Assembly (NCBI RefSeq): GCF_009914755.1
Contig: NC_060929.1
Direction: 5' to 3' (one strand)
Origin: the human T2T-CHM13v2.0 reference genome, Homo sapiens
Length of the DNA: 64,000 nucleotides
Position numbers and translations under genes: made by a program
Part shown: positions 53,421 through 64,000 of the stretch, piece by piece
Position numbering within the stretch: position 1 is the first letter of the stretch
Layout: every line of letters begins with the position of its first letter
The notes under the pieces: model-generated
What the model was told of the DNA's origin: nothing
Seen by the model: the letters and a program-made list of their open reading frames with translations, nothing else
Database searches by the model: none

Positions 53421-54175
53421 TTACAAAGAGAGAGTGAGAACGACAAAGCCCATGGGGCCCTTCACGTGTTTCTTCATGACAGGACCTGCTCCTCCCAGCC
53501 TTCTACTCTCTCTCGGCTCCTGCCTAAGCCTGCCGTGGTGACCTCTGCATCCTTAGCACACTCTCACAGGTTTAGCCTATCCAGGTGTCAACGGTTTGTC
53601 CCCACAATGTCTCTCTCTTTTACCCATCCTTTCCAAACCCTGCTTTACTTCCCAGCTTTGCCTTCAGGGACTTCAGGGAAACTTCGGGCTGCTCTTCCGA
53701 TCTCCCCAACTGCGCATCTCCATGGGAAGCTGGCTGACTGTCTCAGCCAAGTTAACTTTCAATGTTGACAGGTGCACAACTTGCTCACTCTGTGCTGTTA
53801 GATTAGGGTCAGGGGAGGTGGATGGACTTCTAGACCTTTGAAATTGAAAGGGCAATCTAAGTGTTGGAGTCCACTTGCCAACCTCTAGGGTTGAGTGAGC
53901 TAAGGACACATTTCCCAAAATTTAGGAGGGCTTACTAGTTAGAGCATTCATTGCAGGGGCCCACCCCCAGAGCTTCTGGTTGGGTAGACCTAGGGTGAGG
54001 CTTGTGAATATACATACCTAACATGTTCTCAAGTAATGAGGTTGACAGTGGCCTGGAGACCACATTTTTAGAACCACTGCATTAGGAAAAGGTCATCTTT
54101 ATGGTAAAGTCACACATCTCTCCATCATGGCGAGGTCATATCTAGGTCAGGATGGAGCACACACACCTAACATCA

Positions 54176-54508
<333 letters not shown>

Positions 54509-54569
54509 TCATGACCTGATGCCCCCAGTACTGGGATGCCCCTCCTCTTGGGTCAGCAGGAGTTCATAC

Positions 54570-54633
54570 CTGGCTCTGCACCTCCCAGGGTTTGGTGATG
54601 GCTGAGAGATCACAGGCGGTCATCATCATGGCC
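54570..54633 (-). CDS. PDE6A: PDE6A exon 18 (AMMMTACDLSAITKPWEVQSQ)
   Basis: cccag acceptor, gtatga donor; 64 nt; metal-binding ACDLS motif of class I PDEs. Confidence 0.97.
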
Positions 54634-55419
54634 CTGGGCACACAGGACACCCTCTATCAGTCCAGGGCCATTTAAGACTTCATGTACTGGTTAATTCCAT
54701 CTCTCTCACCTTTCTCCACCCCCACTAGTAGGTGACTTTGTCTCATTGTGAGGAAAGGGCTCACCCCCATTGCATCCAGGGGTTGGGCTTTGAAATCAAA
54801 CAGGGTTAGATCCTGCCTCTGTCAGTGATCAGAGGTTGGACACTGGGCAACTACACCAACCTCTCTGAGCCTCCATTTCCCTGTCTGTAATGATAATCGT
54901 ACCTTACTCACAAAACAGGTATAAGATTAAATGAGATTGTGGTTGGAGAAATCTAAGTATAGTGTCTGAACATGGTATATGCATAAGGAACATGTACTGG
55001 GTTTTCTTCTGTATCAAGCACTGTTCCAGGGACTGTACAAACATCAATTTCATTTAAATCTCATCACATCTTCAGAGTCCCTTTGCTCTTTTCTACTGTA
55101 GAGAAGTGTTTCTCAACTTTTTTTCTCATCATTGTTCCCTGCCCCAACTGCCAACGAGCCTTTTTAGATACTTTTTCAGTAATTGCCCCACGATGAGCTT
55201 TTAATACCACAGATATGCTGTCCATCTGTTTGGAGAACCACAGGCCATTGTAATAGCTAAGATTTGCTCTCCTACCTCAAGAATCACTTTTTGCTCCATT
55301 GGAGGCAATATACTCCATTTTTCTATCAGTCAGTTAGCTTTTCTGATTTAGGAGTTTTGTTTAATACTAATAGATTTCTTTCTCTTCTAGGCCATTTCCT
55401 CACCTGGCAGAAACTCTCA

Positions 55420-55878
<459 letters not shown>

Positions 55879-56481
55879 TTAAGGGAGTGTCCCACTCATA
55901 GAAAGGCAAGGCAGGTATTATTACATAGGTGGGTACAACAGAAAATAGAAAGGGAGGGGACACGGACAAAGAACTGGAGCAAGAGGAGGGAGCAAGGGGG
56001 GTGGATTTGAGAAAACATTTTAGAGCAGGTAATCCTGGTAATCCAGGGCCATGTGGCATGGGCCCTAAATTCCATGCCAGGGAGTGCAGACTGTATCTAG
56101 CAAGCAGTGGGGAACGGTTGAAGGTTAAAGGCCCAATTGTGACCTCTTCAGAGCTGTGCTGCAGGAAGGCAGCTGGCAGGACTAGTAGGATGGAGAAGGA
56201 AGAAAAGAGCAGGATGGAGGGGGATGGGGTGCTGCAGTAATTCAGCAGGAGGGCAGGAGAGCTGGTCTGCAGCAACGGCTGGCTGCGGCGGGGTGAGACC
56301 AATGGGCAGGAACTGGGGAGAGGGAGGAGTGAGAGAAGGCTGGGGCTCTGAACCTAACTTGCTGCTTGGATAATTTTACAATTAATCAGCTGTGTGGGGC
56401 ATATTTTCTATAAGCCAGTCTGTGAGGCTGTAAGAGTTACTCATGGAATATTAACAAGTTTAAATAAAATCTTTAATTATG

Positions 56482-56733
<252 letters not shown>

Positions 56734-57315
56734 TTAAATTATGTAAACCCTCAGAAATTCAAATAGCTCTTTAAGTAAGCTTTCAGAAGTGCATACATTT
56801 CTTAGAAACACCTTTATGCTTTATAATAACCTCAGAATACATGCCCTGTGCTTTAATAAGTGCTGTGGACATGTTTACTTACTGTCAGATAGGTTGAGCA
56901 AATAAATGCTCAGCTATGCATATAAGAGTCACTGGCTCCCTGGTGGCTTCAGGAGGGCACTGGATGCTTACTTTCTTTAGCTGGAGGGATCATGTGGAAA
57001 ACATTCCCAGTGGTTGCAGAAACACACCTAAGAATTTTATAGACAGAGATTTGCTGTGTGCATGGGATGAAGGAGGGACACCAAGGTGCCAGAAAAGCCA
57101 ATTCGAGACTTGTGCCCTAAAGATGAGGCTTCACATTCACTCCAGCACCTCCCCCTTATATGCACTGGGGTCCCAAGTGCTGTGCTGGGCACAGGGGATC
57201 CAGAGGGGCCTGCAGGGAGGTCATAGTCACTCAAGGAACACAGGGCAAAAAAAAAAAAAAAAAAAAACTGTCATCACAATATGCTAAGTAGAATGGCAGA
57301 AAAAGGTCCAAGGTG

Positions 57316-57447
57316 AAAAAAGAAGAAGAAAGAAAGAGAAAGAGAAAGAAAGAGAAAGAAAGAAAAAGAAAGAAAGGAAAAGAAAGAGAAAGAAAGAAGA
57401 AAGAAAGGAAGAGAAGAGAAGAGAAAAGAAAAGAAAAGAAAAAAAGA
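57316..57447 (+). repeat. Purine-only (AAAG/AAGAG)n low-complexity tract
   Basis: About 130 nt of A/G only. Confidence 0.92.
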
Positions 57448-59324
57448 ACCCAAAAGTGAAGGTGACTAGCTCAGTCCAGGTGCCATCTAAGAGGTGACAA
57501 TGGAGCAAAGGCCTTGAGGGGTACATAGGAGCCCTCTGTAATGGACAGAATGTTTGTCTCTTCCCAGTCTTATATGTGGAAGCCCTAACCTTTAATATGA
57601 TGCTATTAGAAGACAGGGTCTTTGTGGGGTGCTGAGGTTTAGATGAGGTCGTAAGGTTGCAGCCCCCATCGTGGGGTCATGGGCTTCATCACCATAGAAG
57701 AACACACAGGGAAAGTGGTCTCTGCTGGCTAGGAAGAGGCTGGGCTCACATGGTCCATGCTCTCAGAGATCTTGCAGATGTGCTGGGGAATTGCACATTT
57801 ATCCCACACATGCAGGTTAACATGTAAACAAACAACTGCTCTGAAGGAAAGGACTTCCATTCTTGGAGAAGACATGAGAAAGAGAAACTGACTGAGGTCT
57901 GGGAGGTCAGGGAGGGCTTCCCTGAGAGAGTGCCTCTGGAGCTGATAACTGTAGGATGTGTAACCATTTACTTGCTAAAGAAGGGAGTGGGAGAAACACA
58001 TTCCAGGCAGAAGGATCATCTAGTGTGCAGGGCCTGGTAGAAGGAAGCCCTGCACAAAGAGCTTAAAGGTTGGGGGAGCTCAGGGAGCAGGTGGGAGACC
58101 TGGTAAGAGAAGCTCCACAGAGGAGCAGGGGCGGCCCATGCAGAGCCCAGGCGCCGCTGCGAGGGGATGGTTTTCATGCTACGAGCAACAGGAAAAGCCA
58201 TGGGAGTTAGAACAGAAGGGTGACGTGGCCACATTTGTATTTCACAGAAATCACTGTGGCTTCAGTGTGGAAGGGACAGGAGCGTACACAGGGAACCCAG
58301 TTAGGAAGCCACTGCAGGATCTGGACAAGAGATGGAGCTGGCAATAAAGAGAAATGTCCAGACAGATATGGCACTTAGGAAGTCAACTCAGCAGCATTTG
58401 GGGACAGATTAGACTTGCAAAGTGAGGAAGAGAGAGGTGTCAGGATGGAACAGAGTAAAGGACAACATGGTTATAATGCAGAAAGAAGCAAGAGTATGCC
58501 ACAAAAATATTGTATGCTCAGAAATGTGAACCTTATGCTCTCAGTAGACGAACTGTCAAGAGGAGGGGATGGAGTTCAATAGGACAACAGTGCAAAATTC
58601 CATGCAGGGCTTTGGAATCAGACAGAGCTGAATTAGACCTTCCATCTCCTCCCCACTTGCTGTGTCCAGGGCAAGCGACTTCATGTCTTTGAGTCCCAGT
58701 CTGTTCGTTTGTAAAATGAGATATTCATGTTAGGTTGGATCCTATGAAATTCTGATTTTGTTAGTCCAAATCAGTTAAAATTCAGCAGTTTCCTATGGGT
58801 CAATGTAATATATCCTTTTTAAGACTTACTGTGATGATCACATAAGATGCTTTTGTAAATGCACCCAGTGTCCTCATCTTCATTATCAGCACCTGCATTC
58901 ATCTCACTCACGTTCTGGGTCACCCTCGTGTGTAGAGCTCTCAAAAGCAAGCTGAGCTCTTATCCGCCTGGACCATCCCCAAGGCAAATGTTTCTTCCTG
59001 AAACATTTGGCTCCTTGGCTGTGAGTTTCAGTGGCACTTCTTCCTGACTCCTGGCCAACTTTCAGGAAAAGCATTCCAGCCTTCCTCTTAGCCAGCCCTT
59101 TCAGGACACTTACTCAGACCCTCCCTGGAATTACATGTGTCTGGAGGGTACAGCAGGAGACCCTGCCGGGGAAGGCCTTGGAGGAGCCTAAGAAAGCAGT
59201 GGGTGTGCAGGCAAGGGCTGGTGTGGCTGAGTCCAAGTCCTTGATGCTCCACAAATGCCTGCGTGATGCCAGCTAAGTCACATTGTCTCTCTGGGCCTCA
59301 CTTTCCTCACTTGTAAAACACTAG

Positions 59325-60190
<866 letters not shown>

Positions 60191-60356
60191 TGCAGTGCTA
60201 GAGGATCTGTGAGCCTTTCCAACTCATGGTTTGGTCAGACTGTCAGAAGCAAAATCTGGAATTAAGGGGAAATGTCAAGAGTTTGATGAAGAATAGGAAG
60301 TCACACCCTCACTCTAGAGTTTCTATAATATCTTGACCCTAGATTAAAATTACTGA

Positions 60357-60510
<154 letters not shown>

Positions 60511-60593
60511 TCAAAGTCAATTGGTGTGGACCTCCCACCACAGGAAGCCCGTGGACATAAGCACTCCAAGATAATCAAAACACAGGAAGGGAG

Positions 60594-61328
60594 TGTTGGG
60601 TTTTTCCTCACAACAAGCAATCCTGACACCAACTGGGTGTCTTACAATTCATTTCAACTCTGATACTAAATTCCTATAGTTAGCATCACATTCTACAGGT
60701 TAAAGGGTTCAGTCCCACAAGACTGCCTCACTTCAGAGGCCAGCCACATGTATGGGGTCCCCAAGTTACCTACCCTTCTGTCTGACTTGGCAACAAAGTT
60801 GAAATGTGTCCCTGCGTTCGGGTTCAGTAATTTGCTAGATGAGCTCACAAATCTCAGGGAAACACTTTACTTACATTTTCTAGTTTATTATAAAGGTTAC
60901 AGCTCAGAAACAGCCAAATGAATGTGATGCATAGACAAAGTTATGGGAGGGGGAATGCGTGCCACCACCTCGAAGTATTCACCAAACCAGAAGCTCTCTA
61001 AACCCTGCTGTTTAGAGGTTTGTATGGAGCTTTTTTTGTTTTTAATCACAGAAGCATGATTGATTAAATCATTATCCACTGGCAATTAACTCAATCTCCA
61101 GCCTCTTCCCTCCCCGGAGGCTGGGGATGGGGCTGAAAGTTCCAAGCTTCAAATGAAGGCTTGGTCTTTCTGGTGACCAGCCCCTAGCCTGAAGCTGTCT
61201 AGGGTCCTGCCAAGAGTCATCCCATCAGAACAAAAGATGCTCCTATCACTCAGGAAATTCCAAGGGTTTTAGGATCTCTGTCAGGAACCAGGAACGAAGA
61301 CCAAACATATATGTCTTCTTATACCACA
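60594..61328. mobile_element. MER21-like LTR
   Basis: gacaccaactgggtgtcttacaattc...tcaggaaattccaagggttttagg...ttataccaca. Confidence 0.7.
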
Positions 61329-61619
61329 GGAAGCACCGAACACCACTACCTGCTGCACTGCATTCCACATACTCCAGCTCAGCCCCCATGATGGTCCACA
61401 AAGTAGGCACCACCATGATCCTCACTGAGCAGATGAGGAAACTGAGGTGAGGGAGTAAGTCACCTGCTTGAGGTCACACCACCAATAAATGAAAGAGCTG
61501 AGACTTGAACCCAGGCTGTCTGATACCAAAGCCCCAAGTGTGTAACAGCTACATGCTACCCAGGTGTGAAGAAGTTCCAATTATACACCTAAGCAATGGG
61601 CCCCGAGATGGCTTTATAG

Positions 61620-61810
61620 CAAACAGCTGGGCCAATTTTTGCCCCAGGGGATATTTGGCAATGTCTGGAGACATTTTTGATTGTCACAGCTGGGGAGGGG
61701 TGGGGGTGCTCCTGGTGTCTAATCCTGTGCATCCCTCAAGGCGCAGAACAGCTCCACAGCAGGGTTGCCAGCCCCAAATGTCAACAGGGCTGAGACTGAG
61801 AAACGCTGCA
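61620..61810 (+). mobile_element. MER20-like DNA transposon
   Basis: ttttgccccaggggatatttggcaatgtctggagacatttttgattgtcaca. Confidence 0.8.
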
Positions 61811-61962
61811 TTACAGGTCTCCCAATATTTTTCGTTAAATCCCTACCTAAAGAATTTTGAAAAGTGCTACCTTCTTGCACATTTTTAAGTTGACATCTTA
61901 AACTATTACAAGTTTAATATTTTCAAAGGATCTAATTTATAGCACATTATACATACTGACTA

Positions 61963-62279
<317 letters not shown>

Positions 62280-62825
62280 TAAATTTGTTACATCATTCTT
62301 TACCCACAATAAAAGCACATGAGCAAGCTTTTCTTTAAGAGTCTAGAGTTTTACATCTTTCCTTGTCTCTGTAAACCTCTATTTCCACTTGACTTCCCCA
62401 CAGAATTTTATCCTAATATTGTGTGTATATACGTGTACATGTATGTGCATATGTGTTTCTGTATATATATGTGTGTGTGTACACTACATATATGCTTGAA
62501 AGTCTTTCATTGATCGATTTTCATAATTACTTGCAATCAATTATATCCATTTATTGAAATTATGTAATTAAAATTTTTTCTTTGACCATAAGCCTCTAAG
62601 TGTTGAAAAATTTTCTTTTGGATTAAGTTATTATTACACAATTAAATAACAAAATATACTACCTATTTTTACAAATAATTATTAAACACTCAAAGCACCC
62701 TTTTTTGAATTCATCTATTAACAATATAGGGTGGATTTTTTAAAAAGTATTGGTTTATGAATGAATATTTCTTGTTACTAGACTGGAGTCGGATTCAGCA
62801 CCTATTTTTTGCCCATTTTTCCTCT

Positions 62826-63272
<447 letters not shown>

Positions 63273-63348
63273 TAAGCATGTTACAATACATCCAACTTAT
63301 CTTTTATTTTTAATTCTAAGAAAGGTAAAGGTACATGGAGGGTATGTA

Positions 63349-63443
63349 GGTAGACTAGACAGACAGATGATGATAGATGATGAGAGATGATAGATAGATA
63401 GATAGATACATAGATAGATAGATGATAGATAGATAGATAGATA
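63349..63443 (+). repeat. Compound (TAGA/GATA)n tetranucleotide STR
   Basis: tagatagatagatagatacatagatagatagatgatagatagatagatagata. Confidence 0.93.
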
Positions 63444-63765
63444 ATATGATTCTGTTGAGAGACTATTGACCAAATAAAAAAGAAAGAAAAAAAATTGTAA
63501 AGACAGATGATAGAAAGAAGACAGTGAAGTGGATTAAATCAGTTGCTACCATCTTCAGTACGTATTACTGATGTGCCTTTGCCCTAGTGTCATGGTCCCT
63601 GGACAGTGATACATTTTCTGAAAGAAGTAAGATATTTAAATGAAAAATCTTTCACCTGCTGCCCCCCTATAAAACCCCACCCACTGGCTGGGAATGGGGG
63701 TGGGGTTCAGGGGGAGTGCCTGGCAATTAAAGTTGTAAAAACTCTTGAACAAATAGTCTGGGTCC

Positions 63766-64000
<235 letters not shown>

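Overview
Human (primate) genomic DNA that I recognise as the chr5q32 PPARGC1B/PDE6A locus. The + strand carries PPARGC1B (PGC-1beta) coding exons 2-12. All have GT-AG boundaries and join into one open frame of 2994 nt ending at TGA 34031-34033, followed by an Alu-free 3'UTR of about 7.4 kb ending near 41500. The - strand carries the last five coding exons (18-22) of PDE6A (rod cGMP phosphodiesterase alpha), ending in the CaaX motif CCIQ, with a 3'UTR running to about 44430. The two genes converge tail-to-tail about 2.9 kb apart. The rest is intronic or intergenic DNA dense in Alu, L1, L2, MIR, MaLR/ERV LTR and hAT-type MER fossils. Most listed ORFs are repeat-derived or antisense shadows. I see no convincing wholly new biological system. 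The best second-look items are: (1) a locally duplicated L2-like segment in introns 5 and 7 that ends both intron read-through frames with nearly the same peptide (HxCISEFFI[L/M]HGQGAT); (2) a repeat-derived alternative 5' exon (MGVYK) in phase with exon 2; (3) an apparent ancient L1 3' transduction in the PDE6A 3'UTR; (4) an antisense exon-like ORF inside the PPARGC1B 3'UTR; (5) several inverted-Alu configurations. Exon numbers, gene names and repeat subfamily names come from recall, not from a search. Repeat boundaries are approximate.
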